Shown here piece by piece: positions 10,027-19,169 of a stretch of 39,772 nt of DNA. The notes under the pieces are model-generated. The model ran no database searches, had not been told where the DNA came from, and saw nothing but the letters and a program-made list of their open reading frames with translations. This stretch comes from Candidatus Azambacteria bacterium (GTDB lineage Bacteria > Patescibacteriota > Minisyncoccia > GWC2-36-17 > JACQAJ01). The position numbers and the translations under genes were made by a program. The stretch is from NCBI GenBank assembly GCA_016195045.1, contig JACQAJ010000022.1, positions 1 to 39,772 on the forward strand. The letters are read 5' to 3'. The number at the start of each line of letters is the position of its first letter. Positions within the stretch are counted from its first letter, which is position 1.

Positions 10027-10054
10027 AGTATAAATTTATAAATATTTTTGTCAA
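10027..10054 (-). promoter_or_regulatory. Candidate promoter for rpoBC
   Basis: Minus strand TTGACA (10054-10049), 16-nt spacer, TATACT (10032-10027), about 150 nt upstream of the rpoB ATG. Confidence 0.3.
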
Positions 10055-10201
10055 CTACTATTTTACTGAATAGACAAACCATTTTTTAGAGGCAAATTTT
10101 AATGGGACAGTTCCATACACTATAATGAATTAATAAATTAAGCATATAATAGGTCGGCGCCCTTGTTTGACATAATTACTTTAGAAAGATAGGGTAGTAA
10201 T

Positions 10202-11029
10202 ATGTTTGAAGAAATTATTGAAATTGTTGGTAAACAAAAATGACCTACGAGTATAATTCTCGCTGGCGTACATGGTGATGAAAAATGTGAAGTAGAAGTA
10301 TTGGAAAAAATCTTAACCAACCTTAAAATAGAAAATGGACGAGTTTTTTTAGGTTATGGAAATCCACGAGCCATTAAAGGAAGTCAAAGATTCACAGAGG
10401 CTAATTTGAATAGAATGTTCAAGAAAGATGACTTGCTTTTGGATAATGAAAAGAAGAGTTATGAATATAGACGAGCACAATTTCTAAAAAGATACCTAAA
10501 CAAAGCCGAAGCGCTTTTGGATATTCACGCGAGTCATACACCAACAAGCAAACCTTTTATTATTTGTGAAAGAAATGCGGAAAAGATTACAAAATATTTA
10601 CCTATTGATCTTATTGTGTCTGGTTTTGAAAAGGTACAGCCAGGCGCAACCGATGGCTACATGGATAGTATTGGTAAAATAGGAATTTGTGTTGAGTGTG
10701 GTTATTTAGGTAATCCTAAATCAACAAAAATAGCAGAAGAGATTTTTTTCGCTTTCTTGAAAGCAAGAGAACACGTGACGAACAATCAAACATTAACAAA
10801 AAAAGTATATATACAAATAAATAGTCTTTACATAACTAAGACAGATAATTTTACCCTGTCGAAATCATTTGATGATTTTGAGAGAATATCAAAAGGACAA
10901 GTTATTGGGATTGATGAGGAAGAAAGAGTTGTAGTCAAAAGAGATAGTATAATTACTTTCGCACGTAATCGAAAGCAAATTGGTGAGGAGGCTTTTCTAT
11001 TAGGAAAAGAAAGGGACGATTTTGTGTAA
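10202..11029 (+). pseudogene. Succinylglutamate desuccinylase/aspartoacylase (AstE/AspA, M14-like) family gene interrupted by in-frame TGA
   Basis: The frame from ATG 10202 reads MFEEIIEIVGKQK*PTSIILAGVHGDEKCEVEVLEKIL. The TGA at 10241-10243 lies in frame with ORF 10301-11029. The zinc-ligand HGDE motif sits between the TGA and the ORF-track TTG start. Confidence 0.6.
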
Positions 11030-11239
11030 TCAGTATTTTTTATAAACCCCTAAACCAGAATCATTGGGAATATAGACTTTATATTTATTAAAAACCAACC
11101 CCCCAAAAGGGTCATTCTTTATTTTATCCGGTAAAGTCAAATTATAAGTGATAAAATTACCTAGTGTTGCTAAAGAATAGGAAAAAGGACTAGCAAGTTT
11201 AATATTATTACTGGTTAAGGTCGCTTTTTTTATTGTCAT
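11030..11239 (-). CDS. Hypothetical small protein (69 aa)
   Basis: ORF only. No recognisable motif and no SD. Confidence 0.2.
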   Translation of the reverse strand: MTIKKATLTSNNIKLASPFSYSLATLGNFITYNLTLPDKIKNDPFGGLVFNKYKVYIPNDSGLGVYKKY

Positions 11240-11308
11240 TTTCTTTTTGGCCTTTCTAGTTTGTGTCTTTCCAGTTTATTTAGTTTTTTCAAATATTAGA
11301 TTATAAAG

Positions 11309-12034
11309 TCAGCACAGCGAATGTTTGAGCGCAGATTTTACGATAATTTCAGCACTATCAAATAACGGGATATTCGTGTCATCTTGATTAAATATTAATG
11401 GTAACTCTGTGCAACCAAGAACAATGCTTTCTGCGCCCTGTTCACAAAGATTATCGATTATGGATTGTATGCATCTTTTATCGATATATCCTTGGGTTCC
11501 GGCCATTACATGAATAATTACTTGATTGATCAAATTCTGTTGATGTTTGTTTAGTGACAATACCTTGATTGAATAATTATTAAATATTTTCTGATAAATT
11601 TTCAACTCGTTTGTACTTTCAGAACTAAGAAGACCGACTACTTTATAACCTTTTTCTTTTATAGCTTTTGCAGTTTCTTCAATGATACTCAGGATTGGTA
11701 TTTTCACTAAATTCTGCATTTCTTGATAAAAGTGATGGACAGTATTGCAGGCGATAATAATAAAATTACTCCCAGCATCTTCTAATTTCTTAACACCAGT
11801 AATGAGCTGATCTTTCACTAAAGTAGGATCTACAAAACCGGTTTCATCAAAACCAAACAATGGAAGACTATAAATAAATATCGGGGGGAAGTCAGTATCT
11901 TGCTCTGCATGATACATCTCTTGAGCAATTTTGACTATCTTCAAATAAATATTGGCACTGGCAAGTGGCCCCATTCCACCAAGAATTCCGATCTTCTTTT
12001 TGTTTTGCGTTTTACTAGTACTAGTATTAATCAT
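11309..12034 (-). CDS. Aspartate/glutamate racemase family protein (aspartate racemase-like)
   Basis: GILGGMGPLAS N-terminal motif plus the two catalytic Cys blocks IIACNTVH and LGCTELPL. Confidence 0.8.
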   Translation of the reverse strand: MINTSTSKTQNKKKIGILGGMGPLASANIYLKIVKIAQEMYHAEQDTDFPPIFIYSLPLFGFDETGFVDPTLVKDQLITGVKKLEDAGSNFIIIACNTVHHFYQEMQNLVKIPILSIIEETAKAIKEKGYKVVGLLSSESTNELKIYQKIFNNYSIKVLSLNKHQQNLINQVIIHVMAGTQGYIDKRCIQSIIDNLCEQGAESIVLGCTELPLIFNQDDTNIPLFDSAEIIVKSALKHSLC

Positions 12035-12142
12035 ATTTTTCGAAATTAATTAGGAAATAAAAAGAGTTTTATAAAGGACCCGCTCTTATTATTCAGATTA
12101 TTTATGATAGCTTAGAACCTTTGCAATTATCCATTGTTAAGT

Positions 12143-12185
12143 TTAAAAAATCAAGAGGGTATATACGGAATTCGTACATACCCTC
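12143..12185 (-). terminator. Rho-independent terminator after the 12203-12808 gene
   Basis: 13-bp stem with one mismatch (gagggtatatacg / gaatt / cgtacataccctc, 12155-12185). On the minus strand it is followed by TTTTTT (12150-12145). Confidence 0.65.
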
Positions 12186-12202
12186 AGAATCTTACTTTAT
12201 CT

Positions 12203-12808
12203 TTATTGAAATACCATACTAATTCTCTCATTTTCATCATAGAAGACATTAACTATTGGTAACCTAGTATAGCCAAGGGCACCAAGTATTCGCATAACAT
12301 TTTTTTGTTGATCTTTCCATGACAGCGGCAATATCGTGATTGACAACTGAAACATCGATAACTTGGCTACATAAAGAGAGGCATCGAGGAGATTACAGCT
12401 TGGCCGATCACCAGACATGAGCTGTATATTCTTTTCTGTAAGAAACACTCCTTCTTCTTTACGATGTGTCTTCCCATTCAAGGTATGAAGAATATTCTTA
12501 GCAGGAAGCTCAAGATCTGTTTCAAACATTACTACGTGAGGCGTAAAACCATTATCACCTAAACGTAAAACATATTTATCCACATCGAGCTTAAAGCTTT
12601 TTGGATCAGGATGAAAATTATCAATAAATAGCTGTTTAGCCACAATACCGCCCAATTTTTCGATCTCATCAGAAATACGAGCACCAATCTGAGCAGAAAA
12701 ATCATGTGTCTTATTAGGATCTTCATCCATATAAATATGAGAAGATTCTACACAGACGGATCTTGGTTGATTTTTTTTAAGTATATCTACTATCTTTTCT
12801 ATATACAT
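12203..12808 (-). CDS. Hypothetical protein (201 aa), co-oriented downstream of argS
   Basis: Clean ORF with a strong SD (aaaggaggtaataa before the ATG). I recognise no family. Confidence 0.6.
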   Translation of the reverse strand: MYIEKIVDILKKNQPRSVCVESSHIYMDEDPNKTHDFSAQIGARISDEIEKLGGIVAKQLFIDNFHPDPKSFKLDVDKYVLRLGDNGFTPHVVMFETDLELPAKNILHTLNGKTHRKEEGVFLTEKNIQLMSGDRPSCNLLDASLYVAKLSMFQLSITILPLSWKDQQKNVMRILGALGYTRLPIVNVFYDENERISMVFQ

Positions 12809-12837
12809 TTATTACCTCCTTTTTTTGTTATTTATGA

Positions 12838-12861
12838 GTGCCCAGAATTTCTTCTGGGCAC
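12838..12861 (-). other. Perfect 10-bp hairpin between argS and the downstream gene
   Basis: gtgcccagaa / tttc / ttctgggcac, starting 4 nt after the argS stop. There is no clear U-tract, so it may be a partial terminator or an RNA stability element. Confidence 0.35.
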
Positions 12862-12864
12862 ACT

Positions 12865-14721
12865 TTACATTTCTTCTACCGTCTCAATACCCAGTAGAGT
12901 TAAACCATTACGAATAGCGATAAGAGTTACCTGAACCAACGCTATTCGAGTCTTTTTGATTGACTCATCTTCAGCGTTAAGCACTCGGTGCTTATTATAA
13001 AACTGATTAAAGGCTTGGGCAATCTCAAAAACTTGAGTAGCAATACGCGATGGATCTAATTCTTTCACGGCATACTCAATCGCTTCTGGAAGTTGCATTA
13101 TTTTTTTAGCCAGAATGACTTCTTCGTTATTACCCAATACTGAATAATCAATCTTTCTTATGTCATTTATTTCACTTGTGGAATTTTTTACTGTCCTTAA
13201 GATGGATGCCGATCTGGCATAAGTATATTGACAATAAGGAGCCGTAAATCCATCAATCGCCACTGATTCTTTAGGATCAAAATAAATATCCCGACCAGGC
13301 GATACTCGTAATAAGTGAAATTTTATTGCACCGATCGCAATAATATGGGCTCTTCTTTGAAGTTCTTCTGAGAAGATATCGGGGTGTCTCTTTTTAATTT
13401 CACTCGAGACTATTTCTTCAACCCCCTTAATTAGATTGTCGGCATCGACAACTTTTCCTTCCCGAGATTTCATCTTACCATCTGGTAAATAAACCATCCC
13501 GTATGAAAGATGATAACAATTTTTTGCCCATTGATAACCGAGAGCGCTAAGAACAGTAAAAAGACATTTAAAATGATTGACCTGTTCTGAACCAACAACA
13601 TAAATTGAACGATCTAGATTATTATCTTCCACTTTTTTTACGGCTGTTCCTAGATCTTGGGTAATGTAAACACTTGTTCCGTCACTCCGAAGAACTGTTA
13701 CTCTTTTATTCTGACCGTCTTTCTCTTTTCCAAATTCTTCAGGTAAGAAAAAAACCACTCGGTTCTTTTCATCTCGCGTGAAGACTCCTCTAGAAAGACC
13801 GTTATCAATAATATCCTTACCGAGCAGATAGGTTTGCGATTCATAATAAAAGATATCGAACTCTAGGCCAAAATCATGATAGGTCTTAGCAAAACCATCG
13901 TAGACCCAACCATTCATCTTTTTCCAGAGGTTCATTATCTTTTCATCACCAGCTTCCCATTCTTTGAGCATGATTTGTATTTCGTCAGCCAATGAAGGAT
14001 TATTATTTTCTTCCTGACTATAACGAACATACCATTTCCCAACAAAATGATCACCTTTTAATCCGGTTGATTGCGGTGTCTCTCCTTGCCCCCATTTCTG
14101 CCAAGCCAACATTGACTTACAAATATGGACACCTCGATCATTGACCAGATTACTCTTTAAAACTTGGGACCCAGAAAAGACAAGTAATCTAGCAATCGAC
14201 ATACCAAGTGATCCATTTCTCAAATGTCCAAGATGAAGTGGTTTATTGGTATTAGGTGAAAGATACTCGACCATTACCGTCTGCTTCAATCCAATTTCTG
14301 ATGTTCCAAATAAATTATCTTTTTCCAGAACTTCCGAAAAAATTGATCCAAAATAGATAGAGTTCCGAATTTTGAAATTCACATAAGGACCAACGATACT
14401 AACTTTTTCAATAATATCATCAGCGGGAATGTTAGAGATAAATTGAGTTACGTTAACAATAATCTCATCAAAGGCCTTCTTGAGAGCCTGTCTTTGGGTC
14501 CCCTTTTTTTCTTCCATTACCTCTTTCCTATTCCCCGCTCTTTCTAAGAAACTCGGAATTTCATTCTTTACAACCGAAAAGATCTCGATTGATAAATCTC
14601 CAAATTTAACATCAGGAGGATAAATAACCAATAAATCATTGATCTCTTTCCCTAAAGCTTTTTCAATAGCCACTTGGGTTATATTCAAAACATGCTTTTT
14701 AACCTTATTAATAGTGATCAT
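12865..14721 (-). CDS. argS: Arginine--tRNA ligase
   Basis: 618 aa, class I HIGH-type motif PLHLGHLRNG, MKSREG (KMSKS-like), and the typical ArgRS N-terminal and anticodon-binding domains. Confidence 0.93.
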   Translation of the reverse strand: MITINKVKKHVLNITQVAIEKALGKEINDLLVIYPPDVKFGDLSIEIFSVVKNEIPSFLERAGNRKEVMEEKKGTQRQALKKAFDEIIVNVTQFISNIPADDIIEKVSIVGPYVNFKIRNSIYFGSIFSEVLEKDNLFGTSEIGLKQTVMVEYLSPNTNKPLHLGHLRNGSLGMSIARLLVFSGSQVLKSNLVNDRGVHICKSMLAWQKWGQGETPQSTGLKGDHFVGKWYVRYSQEENNNPSLADEIQIMLKEWEAGDEKIMNLWKKMNGWVYDGFAKTYHDFGLEFDIFYYESQTYLLGKDIIDNGLSRGVFTRDEKNRVVFFLPEEFGKEKDGQNKRVTVLRSDGTSVYITQDLGTAVKKVEDNNLDRSIYVVGSEQVNHFKCLFTVLSALGYQWAKNCYHLSYGMVYLPDGKMKSREGKVVDADNLIKGVEEIVSSEIKKRHPDIFSEELQRRAHIIAIGAIKFHLLRVSPGRDIYFDPKESVAIDGFTAPYCQYTYARSASILRTVKNSTSEINDIRKIDYSVLGNNEEVILAKKIMQLPEAIEYAVKELDPSRIATQVFEIAQAFNQFYNKHRVLNAEDESIKKTRIALVQVTLIAIRNGLTLLGIETVEEM

Positions 14722-14955
14722 TTTTACCTACCTTTCTTGTCAAAGTACTTTTTTACTATGTTTTTAAAAAAACTCTGTAATTAAAAACAAACGACCGAGG
14801 GTCGTTTGACAATATTCTAAATATTTTTTTATTTTAAATATTAACAAACAATCCCCGATATAGATTCCGAGTTCCGTCGACGAATAAGTAAAATTGTCTG
14901 GATTGTCTTCATATATCAAATGTAGACTACAAATTTAAATCTGTCAACGTATTTT

Positions 14956-14984
14956 TTGACAAAGGAGATATTTATTGTTATATT
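14956..14984 (+). promoter_or_regulatory. Candidate promoter for the M20 deacetylase / acetyltransferase pair
   Basis: TTGACA (14956-14961), 17-nt spacer, TATATT (14979-14984). An SD-like ggag lies upstream of ATG 15041. Confidence 0.35.
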
Positions 14985-15040
14985 TTTTATTATAAGTCTA
15001 GGATAGGCCTTTGACATAGGAAAACAGATGGAGAATTAAA

Positions 15041-16201
15041 ATGAATGTATTTGATGTGGTTGAATTAACACGGCAAATGATCATAGAGAATACGATAAGC
15101 GATGCTAGTAATCTTAAGCTCGCAGAATTAATCAAAGATTGGCTTAAGCAATTAGGATTTGATGTTGAATTTCAAATACAGAAATTTAATCAGAATTCCA
15201 TAACTAAGGTTAATTTAATTGCTAGGTTTGGTCCACGAGATCGTGAAGCCTTAATGTTCTCTGGGCATATGGATACTGTTCCCTACGGAGATCTGAATGA
15301 TTGGACAAAAGATCCGTTTACACCAAGACTTTATGATGGAAAACTTGGCGGACTTGGAGCGGTTGACATGAAAGGTTCAATTGCGGCCATGATTTGTGCT
15401 ATTGAACCTTTAGTTAAAGAACCTTTGCGTCGAGAGATCATTTTTGGTCTAACTTTTGATGAAGAGATTGGATTGATTGGGGCAAAATATTTAGTCGAAT
15501 CTAATTTAGTTAAACCGAAATTTATCATAATTGGTGAGCCGACAATGATGAAGCCGGTGCGGATGCATAAGGGTCATATCTATGTTGAAGTTGTTTGTCA
15601 TGGTAGTAGTGGTCATGCTAGTGATCCAGAAAAAGGATTTAATGCTATTAAAGTTGCTAGCGAAGCAATTACAGTAATTCAACAATTTGCTGATGAGCTT
15701 AAGATGAGTAAATGTCTTGAAATTAATCCACCTTATACTACTATCAATATCGGAACTATTCATGGCGGTATAAAACCAAATATAATCCCTTCAAAATGCG
15801 TTATAAATTTTGATATTAGACCGATTCCAGGAATGACATCTCAATCATTGATTTCAGATATCAAAGGTCGATTGGAAAATATTGGAACTTTTGAAAATAG
15901 GCCTTTGGTATCAATGCAAGCTACTCGGATACCAACAGAACCAGTTTCAACTGATCAATCATCAGAAATAATTTTGATTGCGGAAAGGGTTACCGGTGAA
16001 CGAGCTCACGGAGTATCTTATGGTACCGATGGTTCGATACTTCAAAAATTAAGTAGCCAAATTCTTATTTTGGGTCCGGGTAGTATTAATAATGCCCACA
16101 AACCGAATGAATTTGTGGCTATTAATCAACTTGGGCTGGCAGTCAAGCAATTTCGAGAGATCACAAGATTAATTTGCATAACACAGGAGGAAAGATCATG
16201 A
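15041..16201 (+). CDS. M20-family metallopeptidase, acetylornithine deacetylase (ArgE)-like
   Basis: GHMDTVP, GAVDMKG and FDEEIG metal-binding blocks of the ArgE/DapE/ACY1 family. The stop TGA overlaps the next ATG (ATGA). Confidence 0.8.
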   Translation: MNVFDVVELTRQMIIENTISDASNLKLAELIKDWLKQLGFDVEFQIQKFNQNSITKVNLIARFGPRDREALMFSGHMDTVPYGDLNDWTKDPFTPRLYDGKLGGLGAVDMKGSIAAMICAIEPLVKEPLRREIIFGLTFDEEIGLIGAKYLVESNLVKPKFIIIGEPTMMKPVRMHKGHIYVEVVCHGSSGHASDPEKGFNAIKVASEAITVIQQFADELKMSKCLEINPPYTTINIGTIHGGIKPNIIPSKCVINFDIRPIPGMTSQSLISDIKGRLENIGTFENRPLVSMQATRIPTEPVSTDQSSEIILIAERVTGERAHGVSYGTDGSILQKLSSQILILGPGSINNAHKPNEFVAINQLGLAVKQFREITRLICITQEERS

Positions 16202-17397
16202 CATCAACAGAAAATCAAAGGAAATTTAAAGAACTGACTCACCTTAGAGAAGCACTTGGATATATAGAACGATTTAAAGATGACGTATTTGTGATCGCAA
16301 TCGATATTGATTGTTTTATCAAGTGCGACCAACTCACCTTAATTCAGGATATTATGATACTACAGACTTGTGGTATTCATATATTAATCGTCATTGGTAG
16401 CCTTAAGCATCCTAAAAATAAAAGAGAAGAAGAGGTGTTAAGAGAGAAGATTGATGAGGCAAAAGGCCGAATCGCTGATCTCGCCTACGCCATAGACAAT
16501 ACTACAATCAATCTTTTATTCCTTCCGGATCCTTTGGGATATCTTAAATCACCGACTTCCAAAATGAGTAGATCCCAGTGGTCTGAAAGACAACATAATC
16601 ATAGTTCATTTACATTAATCTCTTGTAAAAATTATGAAGATAATATTTTAATCTCTTTGACTCAAGCCGTCGAAAGTGTGATAAAATCTATTGTTATTCA
16701 GAAGTTAATATTTTTATCTGAGTACACTGGTATTTATGGAACCAATAAGACCCTTTTACAGCAAGCTCACCCAAATGAGATTACTGAATTGATTAAAGAT
16801 GGCTGTATTACTGGGACACTTATTGAGATTAGTGAGATTGCAATTAAAGCGGTTAATGATGGTATTCCAAGGGCTCATATAATTAAACCATCGAATCTCT
16901 TGTCAGAGATTTTTGATAAAGATGGTATTGGTACAATGATTTACCGGGGATATTATCAAGAGATTAGACGAGCAAACAAAAATGATATCAGTGGTATTAT
17001 CGATCTGCTTAGCCATTACACCGAAATTGGATTGGTTCGACAAATAAATCTTTCGGGAATTCAAAAAAAACTTCAAGATTTTTTCGTTGCAACAAGAGAC
17101 GGTCGAATTATTGGCTGTGGTTGTATTGAAAATTTCTCACAAGAAAATAAGGGCTTTATTAGTTCGATTGCTGTTAACCCAGACTACATAAGTCAAGGAA
17201 TCGGAAGCAAGATAGTTGCTACGATAACAGAGAATGCGCGGAAATCTGGGATTGAACAGTTAAGTTTAGTTAGTCCCAAAAGTTCTAGCTGGTGGCTTAA
17301 TCAAGAATTTGGTCCTGGTAATTTAGAAGATTTACCAGAAAAAATAAAAACTATTTACAAGAATAGTTTACCAACGGTCTTGATTAAGAGATTATAA
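16198..17397 (+). CDS. Amino-acid N-acetyltransferase (ArgA-like: amino-acid-kinase fold plus C-terminal GNAT)
   Basis: I prefer the start at ATG 16198 (MTSTENQ), which has an aggagg SD. The N-terminal AAK-like domain is degenerate (IVIGS where kinases have HGG). The C-terminal GNAT block is FISSIAVNPDYISQGIGSKIV. Confidence 0.7.
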   Translation: MTSTENQRKFKELTHLREALGYIERFKDDVFVIAIDIDCFIKCDQLTLIQDIMILQTCGIHILIVIGSLKHPKNKREEEVLREKIDEAKGRIADLAYAIDNTTINLLFLPDPLGYLKSPTSKMSRSQWSERQHNHSSFTLISCKNYEDNILISLTQAVESVIKSIVIQKLIFLSEYTGIYGTNKTLLQQAHPNEITELIKDGCITGTLIEISEIAIKAVNDGIPRAHIIKPSNLLSEIFDKDGIGTMIYRGYYQEIRRANKNDISGIIDLLSHYTEIGLVRQINLSGIQKKLQDFFVATRDGRIIGCGCIENFSQENKGFISSIAVNPDYISQGIGSKIVATITENARKSGIEQLSLVSPKSSSWWLNQEFGPGNLEDLPEKIKTIYKNSLPTVLIKRL

Positions 17398-17446
17398 ATG
17401 TTATGTGCAGTGTATGACCCAGTGGCAAGCCGCGGGGTTGTTAATT

Positions 17447-17483
17447 CCCCTTAGCCCTAAAAACGCTAGGGGGAAATTTTTTT
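17447..17483 (+). terminator. Rho-independent terminator after the ArgA-like gene
   Basis: 9-bp stem ccccttagc / gctaggggg (one G-U pair), 9-nt loop, then aaaTTTTTTT. Confidence 0.7.
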
Positions 17484-17601
17484 ATTTGATAATCTCATAA
17501 ACCATACAGGTTCAACCTGTATAGTAAGAATCTATATACAGTGAACTGCGTGCCTAATGCCTAATATTAAAATTTAAAAATTTAATGCTATACTAATCAA
17601 C

Positions 17602-18450
17602 ATGAATAAAATTAATAAATATCTCCTGATCATTGTCTGGTTGAGTATTGGTTTAAATATTTCACCGCCGATCTGGGCTAAAGAATCTTCTGTAGATAAA
17701 GAAGAAAGACCTAAAATCAGAATCCTGATTGTTCCTGGCCATGACAAGGAAAACTATGGCTCTCAGTTTAAAAAAATAAAGGAGGCCAATCTAACTCTGG
17801 CTCTGGCTAATCGCCTACTAAAGTTATTGAAAAATAATAATCGTTTTGAAACCTGGATCACTCGAGATAAACTAGGCTATAAGACAGAATTCAAGAATTA
17901 TTTTTCCGAGAATAAACAAGCAATCAAAGATTTTATTAGCACCCTAAAAAGCAATTATCAAGAATCGATTATTTCCAAAAAAATTGTCCTTGTAAAAAAA
18001 GTTCCTCACGCGAATGCGAAGCCAGTTGTTGTTTCCACTCTTTTCGGTATTAATAAATGGATTGATGAAAATAAAATAGATTTAGTTTTACATATCCATT
18101 TTAATGATTATCCAAGAAAAAAAACTGTTAGAGCTGGAAAATATACTGGCTTTACTGTTTACTATCCGGAAAAACAGCTAATCAATCATGAAATTAGCGC
18201 TAAAATCGCTAATCATCTTTTTAAAGATCTGAAAAAAAAATTCAAACCAAGCAATTACAAAAAAGAGAACGGTGGCTTAGTCGAAGACCAGGTTTTGATT
18301 GCCATGGGAACTAAACAGTCCCTTAATTCCCAAACAGCCACCATCTTAATTGAATATGGTTATATCTACGAACCAAAATTCCAAAAAGAAAAAACCCTCG
18401 ATCAACTAGCCTTAATTACTTATCAGTCGTTAATCAATTACTTTAAGTAA
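17602..18450 (+). CDS. Secreted N-acetylmuramoyl-L-alanine amidase (Amidase_3-like)
   Basis: N-terminal signal-like segment YLLIIVWLSIGLNISPPIWA. Blocks LIVPGHD, KEANL, LHIHFND and LIEYGY are in the order of the Amidase_3 metal ligands. Confidence 0.6.
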   Translation: MNKINKYLLIIVWLSIGLNISPPIWAKESSVDKEERPKIRILIVPGHDKENYGSQFKKIKEANLTLALANRLLKLLKNNNRFETWITRDKLGYKTEFKNYFSENKQAIKDFISTLKSNYQESIISKKIVLVKKVPHANAKPVVVSTLFGINKWIDENKIDLVLHIHFNDYPRKKTVRAGKYTGFTVYYPEKQLINHEISAKIANHLFKDLKKKFKPSNYKKENGGLVEDQVLIAMGTKQSLNSQTATILIEYGYIYEPKFQKEKTLDQLALITYQSLINYFK

Positions 18451-18490
18451 TTAGCTAATAGGAATAATAAATCAAAATTTAAAAATCCAA

Positions 18491-18529
18491 AATAAATAAC
18501 CCGCACTAACTAAGTACGGGATATTTATT
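18491..18529. terminator. Bidirectional hairpin between convergent amidase and RRM genes
   Basis: aataaataacccg / 13-nt loop / cgggatatttatt is a 13-bp stem with one mismatch and A/T-rich arms. It could terminate on either strand. Confidence 0.45.
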
Positions 18530-18548
18530 TGAATCAGTAATCCTAATA

Positions 18549-18899
18549 TTACCAGCTTCTGCGGTTGCGATCTCGATCGCCACCACCAAAACCACCACGA
18601 CCACCGCCACCATTGCCACCACTGAATCCACCGGATCGTGGAGCGCGAACTTCTTGTGGGCGAGCTTCGTTAACTATAAGATTTCGACCGCCGAGATCTT
18701 TGCCATTCCACATTTCAATAGCGGCATTGGCTTCTTCATCGGTAGTCATTTCGACAAAACCAAACCCTTTTGAGCGGTTTGACATTCTGTCAATGATGAT
18801 CACAGCTGATTCAACATTGCCAGCCTTGGAAAAGGCGTCTTTCAATTCTTGTTCAGTAGTCTCATAAGAGAGACCACCAACATATAATTTTTTTGCCAT
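18549..18899 (-). CDS. RRM-type RNA-binding protein with glycine/arginine-rich tail
   Basis: RNP2 KLYVGGL and RNP1 KGFGFVEM, plus a C-terminal GGNGGGGRGGFGGG tail. Confidence 0.9.
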   Translation of the reverse strand: MAKKLYVGGLSYETTEQELKDAFSKAGNVESAVIIIDRMSNRSKGFGFVEMTTDEEANAAIEMWNGKDLGGRNLIVNEARPQEVRAPRSGGFSGGNGGGGRGGFGGGDRDRNRRSW

Positions 18900-19065
18900 A
18901 TTTTTTCTTATTACATCAGACTTTTTAAGGACTGATAAACTAACAAGTAAGTCGACCTATTCTACGTTATCTTTTCAACTTACTTTAGTTATTATGTAAT
19001 GAAGAAAGAGATACATACTTACAGTTTAATGATACTCTTAAACAATTTAAAAGTCAATAGCAAAT

Positions 19066-19169
19066 AAGTGAAAAGTGAAAAGTGAAAAATTATTCACTTT
19101 TAACTTTTAGTTTTTAGTTTTTAGTTTTTAGTTTTTAGTTTTTAGTTTTTAGTTTTTAGTTTTTAGTTT
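19066..19169. repeat. Heptad-arm hairpin element, family F, strongly asymmetric
   Basis: (GTGAAAA)x3 at 19068-19088, ttatt loop, cacttttaactttt, then (AGTTTTT)x8 at 19109-19164 plus a partial unit. The last units encode the pyrH C-terminus and stop codon. Confidence 0.85.

Noticed and set aside
12704-12934. ORF 12704-12934 (+)
   Set aside because: It spans the argS 3' end, the intergenic hairpin and the start of the downstream gene on the opposite strand, and it shows no coding signal.
15331-15763. Minus-strand ORFs inside the M20 deacetylase gene
   Set aside because: They are shadow ORFs opposite a gene with intact metal-binding motifs.
16199-16201. Genome-wide UGA reassignment (code 4 or 25)
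   Set aside because: Thousands of codons of conserved genes in the window have no in-frame TGA, and the Trp codons I checked are TGG. The single interrupted AstE/AspA gene is better explained by a point mutation, although only a whole-genome survey can settle this.
17500-17525. tRNA-like GGTTCAACC T-loop motif
   Set aside because: It is only the loop of a simple hairpin (atacaggt / tcaa / cctgtat). No acceptor, D or anticodon arms can be built around it.
18565-18867. Pro-rich 100-aa ORF on the plus strand
   Set aside because: It is the mirror image of the Gly/Arg-rich tail of the RRM protein gene on the minus strand (GGN codons read as NCC).
19066-19169. Heptad arrays as CRISPR arrays
   Set aside because: The units are 7 nt and directly tandem, with no spacers. 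The arrays come in inverted pairs and no cas genes are present.
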